Assembly: GCA_031409775.1 (NCBI GenBank)
Contig: JANNXY010000042.1
Coordinates: forward strand, 165 to 64,164
Source: a bacterium
Lineage (GTDB): Bacteria; Patescibacteriota; Minisyncoccia; Phycocordibacterales; CAIZIN01
Length of the DNA stretch: 64,000 bases
Reading direction: 5' to 3'
Part shown: one piece after another, positions 55,546 through 64,000 of the stretch
Layout of the letters: every line of letters starts with the position of its first letter
Numbering within the stretch: the first letter of the stretch is position 1
Program-made: the position numbers and the translations under genes
Notes under the pieces: model-generated
The model's database searches: none
Told to the model about the DNA's origin: nothing
What the model saw: the letters and a program-made list of their open reading frames with translations, nothing else

Positions 55546-57582
55546 TTATAAACCCTTTCTCTTCTTTTTGGTAGGCTTCACACCTTGCAAACTGCGTATC
55601 TCATCACGGATGAGTGCTGCTGTTTCAAAGTCGAGCTCTTCTACCGCTTGTCGCATTTGATCTTCTTTTTCTTTTAGATATTTCTCGGGATCTTTCTCAT
55701 ATAATGATTTCTCCAGGTTTACGAGCACATCCACTGCTTTATCATGATCTTTGCGGAGTTCCTCGGTGATGTCTCTTATTTTCTTTATGATTGTCTTTGG
55801 CGTAATGCCGTGCTTGGTATTGTAAGCAACCTGGATTTTCCTTCTCCTATCGGTCTCCTTTATTGACCTCTCGATAGATCCTGTCATCTTGTCTGCATAC
55901 AGAGTTACGCGACCCTCTACATTGCGCGCAGCGCGACCGATAATCTGGATAAGTGAAGTTTCCGAACGCAGGAAGCCTTCTTTGTCTGCATCGAATATCC
56001 CAATCATCGCTACTTCTGGCAAATCGATTCCTTCTCGCAGAAGGTTAACTCCCACGAGCACATCATACTCCCCCTTCCTCAGATCTGTGAGTATTTCGAT
56101 TCTCTCGATCGTTTTGATATCACTGTGCAGGTATCTCGCCTTTATATTTTTTTCCTTTAGATATTCTGACAGATCCTCTGCCATTTTCTTGGTCAGTGTC
56201 GTACCTATCACCCTGAAGCCTTTGGCGATCACTTTCTCTGCCTCTGCGATGAAGTCTGCAATCTGGCCTTTGTAACCCCCCTTCTCTGTCACGGGTTTGA
56301 TAGTCACTATCGGATCAACGAGCCCAGTCGGCCTGATAATCTGCTCCACTACCTGCTCACTATGTTCTGCCTCGTATTGTGATGGTGTAGCTGAAGTGTA
56401 AATACATTGTCCAACCCTTTCTTCGAACTCGACGAATTTGAGAGGTCGGTTGTCCCTAGCAGATGGTAGTCTGAATCCATAATCGATCAGAGTATTCTTG
56501 CGCGAAGCATCACCGGCATACATACCACCGATCTGTGGTATAGATACATGTGATTCATCTATGATAGTTAGGAAATTCGGGCTGCCATCTGCATCATGTG
56601 GGAAGTATGACAGAAGCGTATCTGGTGCCTCACCAGGCATCTTGCCGGAGAAATGTCTAGAATAATTCTCTATACCGTTGCAGTAACCTATTTCCTTGAT
56701 CATTGCTAGGTCATAGCTGGTCTTTCTCTTTAGTCTTTCTACTTCTAGCACCTTACCCTCTTTTTCTAATTCTTTTAATCTAGTTGCGAGCTCCGCCTTG
56801 ATCGTCTCGTAGGCCCTCTTCTGCTGTGTAGGATCAGAGATGAAATGTTTGGCAGGGAAAATAAACACATGCTTTTCTTCGGAAATTATTGTGCGCGTCA
56901 CTGCATCGATCAGAGTTACCCCACTGATTTTGTTACCATCAAATGTCACCCTTATTATATACCGCTCACTTACAGGCATAACCTCGGCCGAGTTGCCTAG
57001 GGCACGGAACTGACCTGGTGATAGATCTGCGGTAGTTCTTTCGAAGTGAATACCCACAAGTTTCTTTAGAAATTCTTGTCTAGAGATTTCCATACCCACT
57101 TCAACTCTCATATTTACCCTCTCGTACTCCGCTGGACTACCGAGTCCATAAATACACGAAACAGATGCCACGATAATCACGTCTTTGCGGGTAAGCAATG
57201 CTTGGGTAGATGCATGTCGCAAACGCTCGATCTCTTCGTTGATCATAGCCTCCTTCTCTATATATGTATCAGAATTCGGCATATAAGCCTCTGGCTGGTA
57301 GTAGTCGTAGTATGATACAAAGTAATGCACAGCATTGTTGGGGAAGAAATCCCTGTACTCCTGTGCGAGCTGAGCCGCGAGAGTCTTGTTGTGAGCGATC
57401 ACCAGTGTTGGCTTGCCGATCTGGGCGATCACATTGGCTACTGTAAAAGTCTTGCCAGATCCAGTCACACCCAGTAGTGTCTGATGCTTGTAGCCATCAC
57501 GAATGCCCATAACAAGGTCCTTGATAGCTTGTGGCTGATCCCCTGCTGGGCTAAATGCGTTGTTGATTTGGAATAGGGGCAT
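55546..57582 (-). CDS. uvrB: excinuclease ABC subunit B
   Basis: Helicase motif I GVTGSGKTFTVANVI, DExH-like core, and a C-terminal UVR domain; 678 aa. Confidence 0.95.
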   Translation of the reverse strand: MPLFQINNAFSPAGDQPQAIKDLVMGIRDGYKHQTLLGVTGSGKTFTVANVIAQIGKPTLVIAHNKTLAAQLAQEYRDFFPNNAVHYFVSYYDYYQPEAYMPNSDTYIEKEAMINEEIERLRHASTQALLTRKDVIIVASVSCIYGLGSPAEYERVNMRVEVGMEISRQEFLKKLVGIHFERTTADLSPGQFRALGNSAEVMPVSERYIIRVTFDGNKISGVTLIDAVTRTIISEEKHVFIFPAKHFISDPTQQKRAYETIKAELATRLKELEKEGKVLEVERLKRKTSYDLAMIKEIGYCNGIENYSRHFSGKMPGEAPDTLLSYFPHDADGSPNFLTIIDESHVSIPQIGGMYAGDASRKNTLIDYGFRLPSARDNRPLKFVEFEERVGQCIYTSATPSQYEAEHSEQVVEQIIRPTGLVDPIVTIKPVTEKGGYKGQIADFIAEAEKVIAKGFRVIGTTLTKKMAEDLSEYLKEKNIKARYLHSDIKTIERIEILTDLRKGEYDVLVGVNLLREGIDLPEVAMIGIFDADKEGFLRSETSLIQIIGRAARNVEGRVTLYADKMTGSIERSIKETDRRRKIQVAYNTKHGITPKTIIKKIRDITEELRKDHDKAVDVLVNLEKSLYEKDPEKYLKEKEDQMRQAVEELDFETAALIRDEIRSLQGVKPTKKKRKGL

Positions 57583-57602
57583 TGGGGTATTATATTATAC
57601 AT

Positions 57603-58847
57603 TTATTTACGCTGGTATATCGCTAGAAACTCCTCTTTGAATTTCAAAAAGGTTCCAGATAGAATATGCTCCCGCATTTCTTTGACCAGGTTGATAATGA
57701 AATACAAATTGTGAATACAGCACAGGGTGGATGCCAGGATTTCTTTGGCACGGTGGAGGTATGCGACATAAGCTCGGGTATAATTGCGACAAGTAAAGCA
57801 GTCACATTTACTATCAATCGGTCCGAGATCGCTCCTGAACTCTCTATTCAATATATTTATCTTGCCTCTACGAGTATACAGATTGCCGTGACGACCGATA
57901 CGAGTAGGCGCTACACAGTCAAATAAATCACAGCCCTGCTCCACCGCCATGAACAAGTCCTCTGGCTCGCCTATGCCCAGCAGATGGCGTGGTTTGTCAT
58001 CGGGGAGGATTTCATTGACCCATTTCACCGCAGTAGACATGTCTTCCTTGGCAAATGACCCACCGATACCGAATCCGTCGAATGCTCCTCCATTAACTTC
58101 CATCTTGCCTATTATTTCAGCAGACTCTTTGCGCAAATCTTCGAACCTGCCTCCCTGCACGATGCCGAACAGGGCTTGCATCGGCTTGCCGAAGCGTTTC
58201 GCGGAGGCGGCCTGATGATACTTTAAACTCTGTCTGGCCCAACGATGAGTTCTGTCCAGCGCCTCCCTCTGATACGTATACGTTTCGTTGGGCGATGTGC
58301 ATTCGTCGAAAGCAAATATCATATCCGCCCCAAGGTTATGCTGGATCTCGATCGATCGTGATGGAGTGATGTAATGCAGAGCTCCATCGAGGTGGGATTT
58401 AAATGTCACACCTTCCTCATCGATCTTGGCAAGTATGGGGTCGCGGTCCTCGAGCATTTCACGCTTAGCCTCACGTAGAAGCATCGGCGCGTCAGTTGGT
58501 TTGGTGATCTTACTTATATCTTTGCCATAGGCAGCACCGAGCGAGAACACCTGAAACCCACCTGAGTCCGTCATGAGCGGGCCTGGCCAATTCATCATCT
58601 GGTGCAGTCCTCCCTGCTCGGCTACTGCATGGTCACCAGGTTCCAGAAACAAATGATAGGTATTGCAGAGTCCTACCTGTGCACCAGTTTCTACTAGCTG
58701 CTCTGGGGTCATGGCCTTGAATGCTCCCTTGGTACCTACTGTCACAAAAGCGGGTGTATTTATATTGCCGTGTTTAGTCTCTATCACCCCCGCCCTCCCT
58801 AGCTTGTTTGGAATTTTCTTTTCTATACTAAATTTAATAGCAGGCAT
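57603..58847 (-). CDS. tgt: queuine tRNA-ribosyltransferase
   Basis: Tgt (beta/alpha)8 core motifs (LLGIGEPED) and Zn site CDCFTCRNYTRAYVAYLH. Confidence 0.9.
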   Translation of the reverse strand: MPAIKFSIEKKIPNKLGRAGVIETKHGNINTPAFVTVGTKGAFKAMTPEQLVETGAQVGLCNTYHLFLEPGDHAVAEQGGLHQMMNWPGPLMTDSGGFQVFSLGAAYGKDISKITKPTDAPMLLREAKREMLEDRDPILAKIDEEGVTFKSHLDGALHYITPSRSIEIQHNLGADMIFAFDECTSPNETYTYQREALDRTHRWARQSLKYHQAASAKRFGKPMQALFGIVQGGRFEDLRKESAEIIGKMEVNGGAFDGFGIGGSFAKEDMSTAVKWVNEILPDDKPRHLLGIGEPEDLFMAVEQGCDLFDCVAPTRIGRHGNLYTRRGKINILNREFRSDLGPIDSKCDCFTCRNYTRAYVAYLHRAKEILASTLCCIHNLYFIINLVKEMREHILSGTFLKFKEEFLAIYQRK

Positions 58848-58854
58848 AATTTGT

Positions 58855-58995
58855 CTATTCGACCAGTGCTGGTGAGGTTTCTAGGTCAGTATCGGTGATC
58901 GGGACCAGTCCGCTATCAGAGAAAATAATGAAATATCCCACTACTATAACAGCTATAGAAACCGCGATACATTCTTTCTTACTTAATGTTTTCAT
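58855..58995 (-). CDS. possible small membrane protein (46 aa), not in supplied ORF track
   Basis: ATG at 58995 (minus); MKTLSKKECIAVSIAVIVVGYFIIFSDSGLVPITDTDLETSPALVE with one TM helix. It sits in the gap between the ABC ATPase gene and tgt. Confidence 0.2.
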   Translation of the reverse strand: MKTLSKKECIAVSIAVIVVGYFIIFSDSGLVPITDTDLETSPALVE

Positions 58996-59008
58996 ATAAT
59001 TAATATTA

Positions 59009-59668
59009 TCAAATAATTAGTCCGTCATCTAGCTTGACGATCCTTTGTGCCATTTTCCCATAATCCTCTTCGTGGGTCACCATGATGATGGTCTGACCCT
59101 GCGCATGAAGCTCCTGGAATATCTCCATAACTTTCTTCGAGGATTCATTGTCAAGATTCGCTGTCGGCTCGTCCGCGAAAAGGATCTTGGGATTGTGAGC
59201 GATGGCACGGGAAATAGACACTCGCTGCTGCTCACCTCCGGAGAGGTTCGCTGGGAGGTTATTCTGTCTATGTGTCAGCCCCATTCGATCCAGCGCATGG
59301 ATGGCTTCTTTAAATGCTCGTGACTTGCTCTTGCCTTGCATAAGGAGTGGTAGCGCGATGTTCTCTATAGCAGTGAGGTCCGGAAGCAATGCATAGTCCT
59401 GGAATACGTAACCAAGTTTGTTGAGTCTAAACGATGTCTTGTCCGCAGCGGACATTTTCTCGGTATTGATCCCGTCGACAATGATCGTGCCGGATGTAGG
59501 CTCGTCGAGTAGCGACATCTGATACATAAATGTAGACTTACCTGCGCCAGATCGGCCCATGATGGCGATGAACTCCCCATTCTGCGCAGTGAAATCAATA
59601 CCCTTGAGAATCTGGGTTTGTACACTTCCGTTCTTGAATGATTTTGTCAGGTTTTTTACTTCGATCAT
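59009..59668 (-). CDS. ABC transporter ATP-binding protein (MacB/LolD-type)
   Basis: Walker A GRSGAGKST, signature LSGGEQQR and Walker B ILFADEPT. Start reassigned to MIEVKNLTKSF, because the N-terminal extension overlaps a hairpin. Confidence 0.85.
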   Translation of the reverse strand: MIEVKNLTKSFKNGSVQTQILKGIDFTAQNGEFIAIMGRSGAGKSTFMYQMSLLDEPTSGTIIVDGINTEKMSAADKTSFRLNKLGYVFQDYALLPDLTAIENIALPLLMQGKSKSRAFKEAIHALDRMGLTHRQNNLPANLSGGEQQRVSISRAIAHNPKILFADEPTANLDNESSKKVMEIFQELHAQGQTIIMVTHEEDYGKMAQRIVKLDDGLII

Positions 59669-59697
59669 ACTTAATGAGATTATAACATCTAAAAGCA

Positions 59698-59718
59698 GAA
59701 AAGCCCCGCAGGGCTTTT
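59698..59718. terminator. GC-rich hairpin (GAAAAGCCCCGCAGGGCTTTTC) between NYN fragment and ABC ATPase gene
   Basis: 8-bp stem with modest T-runs on both sides; could be an intra-operon attenuator or terminator. Confidence 0.35.
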
Positions 59719-59880
59719 CTAGACTACTCATGATGAACAAACTTGCGTTATATTATTACTTCATGTAAACTATAAATTGTAGTTGAAAGACTATCCTCGC
59801 CTGTAGGATAACAGGATTGTCTTTATTCCCACCCTCGGCTTCGGCCGGGGGTGGTTTGTTTATATTCCTTTTCTGAGGTA

Positions 59881-60210
59881 TTATAATTGATCTTTGAGTG
59901 GATCAGCCACTAAAACGAGATTGCTGCTTTCCTCTAACACTCGACTAAGGAAATCTCGAGCACAAATTGTGACAACCTTTTTCTTCTTTGATTGAAGATA
60001 CCGAAGAACCACATCAAAATCACTGTCCCCTGACCAGAAAAATATTGTATCGTACTTCTCTACCTTCTGAAGCATATCCATCGCTATTTCAATGTCAAAA
60101 TTACATTTGCTGATCTTTCCAACAAAGCGACCCTCAACATCAAAGTTATTAATCTCCTTTACTTCTTTCGTTCGAGCGATGAATCCGCACTTACGTGCTT
60201 TTGGGATCAA
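59881..60210 (-). pseudogene. NYN/LabA-like domain fragment (C-terminal two-thirds only)
   Basis: GFIARTKEV...NFDIEIAMDML...WSGDSDFDVVLRYL...KKVVTICARD matches the NYN core. The N-terminal FIDGxN segment is absent, stops lie in frame upstream, and the ORF needs a TTG start. Confidence 0.45.
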
Positions 60211-60283
60211 AAAGATAGGTGTTCCGATAATGCTCTGATTTTAAATCTCCCAAATTCATAATTTATTAATTATCATATTTATA

Positions 60284-61534
60284 TTATCTCCCTAATATCG
60301 AATCCAGTGTGTTCTTGCGCACAATTATCCTCGCAGGCACATACCCAGCTATCATCGTCGCCACCATGAGTAGTCCCACACGTATAGCGGTCTCTATATA
60401 CGGTGCAACGAGAATTCCGTCAGAAAATGGGAAGTCGATAGGGTGTGCATCTACAAACGGTATGAGGAACGCATAAAGCACAATGAGCCCTAGCCCCGAC
60501 CCGACAGCTGCATAGAAGAACGACTGGAACATGTATGATATCTCGATCGTGCGGCCGCTGATACCGATACCTTTGAGAATACCTATGAATTTGCGTCGTG
60601 TGATTGCGTTGATAAATATCACAATAAACACTGTGATCGATGCTACAGCGAGACCGATAGAAGAGATCATGTTACCGAGTAGTGCGAATGTAGTTTTGAT
60701 ATCCTTGAGGAATTTAGGCTCAGCGTCGGCATATGTCTGGACTTTGGCGTATTCACCAACACCGAGGCTGAGAAATTTGTTTTTGAGTGCAAGTACATCT
60801 GTCCCTGGCCTGATACGTGCAGAGATCTCTGCAACACTATAGTCGTCTCTACCGATGAGGCTGCGGAACTGAGTAGCTGGGAAGAAAACTCTCGCACTCA
60901 CTGTGTCGACTTTGGACTTGAGAATGCCTTTGACTGTAACTTCGCGTACAACATCACCGATCTTTATACGGACTTTGCTACCGGCCTTGACCCCCTGTAG
61001 CGCAGTAAACCCCGGTGCCTCTATATCAGAATACTGCTTCAGGAGGAATGATCCAACCATAACCTGGTCAAAGTCATATGGCTTGAGATAGCTACCCTCT
61101 ACTATAAATTTCTTTAGGCTTGTTATGTCGTTCTCTGACTCTGGGTCGATACCCACAAACTGTGCACCGGTAGAGTTGGTATTTTTCGTATTGTCTGTCT
61201 TTTCTTTGTAGCCAGCTTCTATAGTACCGGTATCTAGATATCGTGCGGTGAAATTCTCCACCTCTGGCTGACTGCGCAGTATCTCGAGTATCATAGGTGT
61301 GTTTTCTATATAATCTTTCTTGGCGAGTTTAGAAATTATCAAGTCACTTGTATAGTATTCCTTGTTAGCATTTACGGAACCCTCGATGAGTCCTACTAGT
61401 ACACCAGAGACTACAACGAGATTGAGGAATGTAAGCACCATAACAGATATAATAAGAAGAGTGGTCCACAGACTGGCTCTGCGTATCTGTCGTGTCGCGA
61501 GGAAGAAACCTATCTGAATCTCCTTTAGTAACAT
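60284..61534 (-). CDS. ABC transporter permease, FtsX/MacB-like (N-terminal TM, large periplasmic domain, three C-terminal TMs)
   Basis: 416 aa with a topology typical of MacB/LolC-E permeases. Start overlaps the upstream adaptor gene stop. Confidence 0.75.
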   Translation of the reverse strand: MLLKEIQIGFFLATRQIRRASLWTTLLIISVMVLTFLNLVVVSGVLVGLIEGSVNANKEYYTSDLIISKLAKKDYIENTPMILEILRSQPEVENFTARYLDTGTIEAGYKEKTDNTKNTNSTGAQFVGIDPESENDITSLKKFIVEGSYLKPYDFDQVMVGSFLLKQYSDIEAPGFTALQGVKAGSKVRIKIGDVVREVTVKGILKSKVDTVSARVFFPATQFRSLIGRDDYSVAEISARIRPGTDVLALKNKFLSLGVGEYAKVQTYADAEPKFLKDIKTTFALLGNMISSIGLAVASITVFIVIFINAITRRKFIGILKGIGISGRTIEISYMFQSFFYAAVGSGLGLIVLYAFLIPFVDAHPIDFPFSDGILVAPYIETAIRVGLLMVATMIAGYVPARIIVRKNTLDSILGR

Positions 61535-62976
61535 TAGTTTTCTATTATGGGATCAATAATCAACATTTCACCCTCTGTGAGCCCTCCGATGACTTCGATC
61601 TCGCCACTTGTAGCAACTGAGCCTGTTGTGATCTGCTTTTCTACAATCTCTTCCCCAACCTTTATGTTCACATAGCTGAACCCACCTCTCTCTGTGACCG
61701 CAGATTGTGGGATGAGTATAGAATCATGCTTGACCTCTGTGGTGACGATAACATTGGCGGTGAGACCCGACTTCAATCTGGAGTCCTTCAGAACGAATTC
61801 GAAAGTAACTTTATAAGTTGAAACCCCGTCGCGCAATGTCTCTGCTGGATCTATCGACACAACTCGTACATCGAACAGCACATCACTACCGAACGCATCC
61901 AGCGTTACCTGAGCTAGATTGCCTACACGTATATCGCCAATGTTGATCTCTGGCACAAATGTCTCTATCTGAAATGCATTACTAGAAATAAGCTTGATAA
62001 GTCTGTCGGCCGAAGAAACTATCTCCCCAACCTCTGCATCCTGGACAGTAACTGTCCCAGAGAATGGTGCTGTTATGATCCTCTTTTCTAAATTGGATTT
62101 CAGTCCAGCCACTACCGCTTCGGCTGCAGAGACCTTGGCTTCCTGATAAGGAACTTCTGACTCTACGTCACGGAGCTTGTCTTTGGCCTCTGTTATGCTT
62201 GCGATAGCGATATTGATACTACTACGTGCAGCGGATACATCTGCACGAAATTTGTCTATCTGTATCTGGGTATAGCTGCTTCCTTCTATTTCGAAGTCGT
62301 TAACAGCTATAGAAACTTTATTAAGAAATAACTTGGTTAACAGTAAATTACCCTCAGTTAATACGACATCATTGATACCTAGATTGTCACTCCAATTGCG
62401 TAGCATACGTTCTATATCTGATCTGTCTTTATCTATAGACTGCTTGAGCTCGTAATCGTCGAACGCGAAAACGATCTTGTATTTGTCTGCTTCAAAGAAC
62501 TGATCCACATTGTTGTGTATAGCATCATCTGCACGTACGTATGCATCGCCTATGGCTTGGACGAGCTCGGTCTGCGCGGTGAGGTATTCTGTGCCGGAGA
62601 CACCTTTGGCTCCAGTCTTTAGCTCTGACAGTCTCTGTCTCTCTGCAGATAGATCTGCCTCTGCTTTGGCTATCTCTGCGGTAGCGTCTCCGAGCGATAG
62701 AGACGCGAGAGTCTGACCCGCAGATACGCTACTACCAACTCTCACATTTACAGAGTCAATACGGCCTGATGTATCGAATCCTAGATCGACATCCCTAGAC
62801 GGTACGACCTTGCCCGCTATAGAAACCGTCCTGCTGAACTCACTTTTCTGTATTACCCTAGTAGGTAGACCACTGTCGGTATTATCTTTTCTTAGATAAA
62901 AAGTCCCCACACTGAATACTATGGCAAGTATTATGATCTTCCATATATTATTGGCCACAAAGTTTTTAAATTTCAT
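61534..62976 (-). CDS. HlyD-family periplasmic adaptor (membrane fusion protein, MacA-like)
   Basis: N-terminal TM, biotinyl/lipoyl-like hairpin segments and a long coiled-coil region (AEIAKAEADLSAERQRLSELK). Confidence 0.7.
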   Translation of the reverse strand: MKFKNFVANNIWKIIILAIVFSVGTFYLRKDNTDSGLPTRVIQKSEFSRTVSIAGKVVPSRDVDLGFDTSGRIDSVNVRVGSSVSAGQTLASLSLGDATAEIAKAEADLSAERQRLSELKTGAKGVSGTEYLTAQTELVQAIGDAYVRADDAIHNNVDQFFEADKYKIVFAFDDYELKQSIDKDRSDIERMLRNWSDNLGINDVVLTEGNLLLTKLFLNKVSIAVNDFEIEGSSYTQIQIDKFRADVSAARSSINIAIASITEAKDKLRDVESEVPYQEAKVSAAEAVVAGLKSNLEKRIITAPFSGTVTVQDAEVGEIVSSADRLIKLISSNAFQIETFVPEINIGDIRVGNLAQVTLDAFGSDVLFDVRVVSIDPAETLRDGVSTYKVTFEFVLKDSRLKSGLTANVIVTTEVKHDSILIPQSAVTERGGFSYVNIKVGEEIVEKQITTGSVATSGEIEVIGGLTEGEMLIIDPIIEN

Positions 62977-63000
62977 ACAACAATATTAACATCAAAACAG

Positions 63001-63534
63001 CTATATACCAAGCCCCGCTTTGCGATTGGAATCACCCAACATCTTGCTCATTTCTGTGATAATTATCTCTTTGACCTTGCCGGGGTAAGCGATCTGGGTG
63101 AGATAGAATTCACGTGTCGTTGCTGCAGTCTGTACGAACAGATCACCGTAGTCGAGCATCGTAGGTACGACACCCTCTATCTCTGTGGTTATATCCTGGA
63201 TCATTTCATATCGCATACTAGATACTTCTCTGTTAAATAATCCCTTCTGCTCGATGTCCATGATCCTTTTGTTGGTAATGACCCCAATGTCGAGGTAATA
63301 GTCAGTCCAAGCGAGAAACAGCAGCATCCATATGATAGATAGATACACAAGGTAAAAGAAAGCGAACAATGAATACGCCTCTATATTGTTGAGCTGTGGA
63401 ACGAGGTGGAAGAACGGTATCAGTATCATCGGTAGGAATCCTGCGATACCTATCACCACCAGCCTCAGCACAAATATGAACCAATGTTTGCGTGCGATAT
63501 ATATTACGTATTCGTGTGGCTCGAGCTCCATCAT
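63001..63534 (-). CDS. membrane protein with bacterial PH (bPH_2/YdbS-YdbT-like) domain
   Basis: Two N-terminal TM helices followed by a ~100 aa soluble domain with the bPH_2-like pattern. Confidence 0.45.
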   Translation of the reverse strand: MMELEPHEYVIYIARKHWFIFVLRLVVIGIAGFLPMILIPFFHLVPQLNNIEAYSLFAFFYLVYLSIIWMLLFLAWTDYYLDIGVITNKRIMDIEQKGLFNREVSSMRYEMIQDITTEIEGVVPTMLDYGDLFVQTAATTREFYLTQIAYPGKVKEIIITEMSKMLGDSNRKAGLGI

Positions 63535-63743
63535 ATATTTATAATATTAGACTGGTTCATGATCATCATGGCAGATAGTAGTAGCGTGATCCCGCCAGCG
63601 ACGAAGAAAGTGAAGAGTATAGATCTCATCGTCCGCGATATCCCGAAATACCCCCAATGATACAGTAGCGACAGAGCAACAACTACGAACACAACTCCGG
63701 CGAACCCCAACGTTCCGAACATGACATAGTTTAAATAAGGCAT
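63531..63743 (-). CDS. small membrane protein (70 aa)
   Basis: Two hydrophobic helices; overlaps the downstream gene start by 4 nt. Confidence 0.3.
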   Translation of the reverse strand: MPYLNYVMFGTLGFAGVVFVVVALSLLYHWGYFGISRTMRSILFTFFVAGGITLLLSAMMIMNQSNIINI

Positions 63744-64000
63744 GGGATTATTTTAGCATAAAGTAATTTATATATAAAAATAGCGAGGGTTAGCTCGCTT
63801 AATGAATATGAGTAAGCTTCCCATAATCCAACCTCTCCCCATTAACTCCCTCAATCACATCATGGTGTGTAACAGCGATGAATCTGTCCAATAATTGAAT
63901 CGATTCTGGTAAGCAATTATACAGATCGAGATTGACAGTAATATTTGGTGGCAAAGGGATTTGGAAATCACAGTATGCGTTAAAAGAGACAGCACTTTTC

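Noticed and set aside
59669-59740. N-terminal extension of the ABC ATPase ORF (MFIMSSLEKPCGAFLLL...)
   Set aside because: The extension is simply the translation of the GC hairpin at 59698-59718. The canonical ABC start MIEVKNLTKSF begins at 59668.
1-64000. CRISPR arrays, rRNA genes, canonical tRNA genes
   Set aside because: Manual inspection of all intergenic intervals, which are few and short, showed no repeat-spacer periodicity, no rRNA-like conserved blocks and no sequence that folds into a cloverleaf.

Overview
This 64 kb window looks like a compact, gene-dense chromosome segment with almost all genes on the minus strand. It reads like a small-genome, Gram-positive-like bacterium, possibly Patescibacteria/CPR; that placement is inference. 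I found no rRNA, canonical tRNA or CRISPR arrays.

Housekeeping content:
- Translation: leuS, proS, a class-I lysK, frr, def, ychF, mnmA, tgt, rsmH, and an RsuA/RluB-type pseudouridine synthase.
- Cell envelope: mraZ-rsmH-ftsL-ftsI-murF, mreBCD-mrdA, a second mreB paralog, mltG, an L,D-transpeptidase/D,D-carboxypeptidase fusion, rseP, and a MacAB-like ABC efflux system.
- DNA repair: uvrA, uvrB, a short uvrC, a family-4 uracil-DNA glycosylase (UDG), an MGMT-like protein, and a priA homolog.
- Signalling: a FIST sensor, histidine kinase and double-receiver regulator cluster sits between uvrA and uvrB.

Non-routine content:
1. leuS carries an in-frame ~140 aa insertion with a textbook Nudix box.
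2. A DUF559 endonuclease-like cassette flanked by ~45 bp inverted repeats is fused in frame to the 5' end of holB.
3. An accessory patch at 42.8-47.6 kb holds:
   - a Panacea (DUF4065)-type antitoxin with a RelE/HigB-like toxin;
   - an IS30 transposase remnant interrupted by an IS200-type tnpA;
   - a very AT-rich ORFan membrane-protein pair;
   - a ~400 bp GC-rich structured non-coding stretch with two terminator-like hairpins.
4. A GC-elevated module at 19.2-20.6 kb has a near-consensus sigma70 promoter, a secreted ORFan and a Met-rich DUF305 protein.
5. A DUF2339-like giant membrane protein carries thrombospondin type-3 calcium-binding repeats.
6. The PriA homolog has lost its Walker A and DExH motifs.
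7. An ATP-cone protein is fused to a PD-(D/E)xK nuclease.
8. A family of short GC-rich palindromic elements is scattered through intergenic sites.
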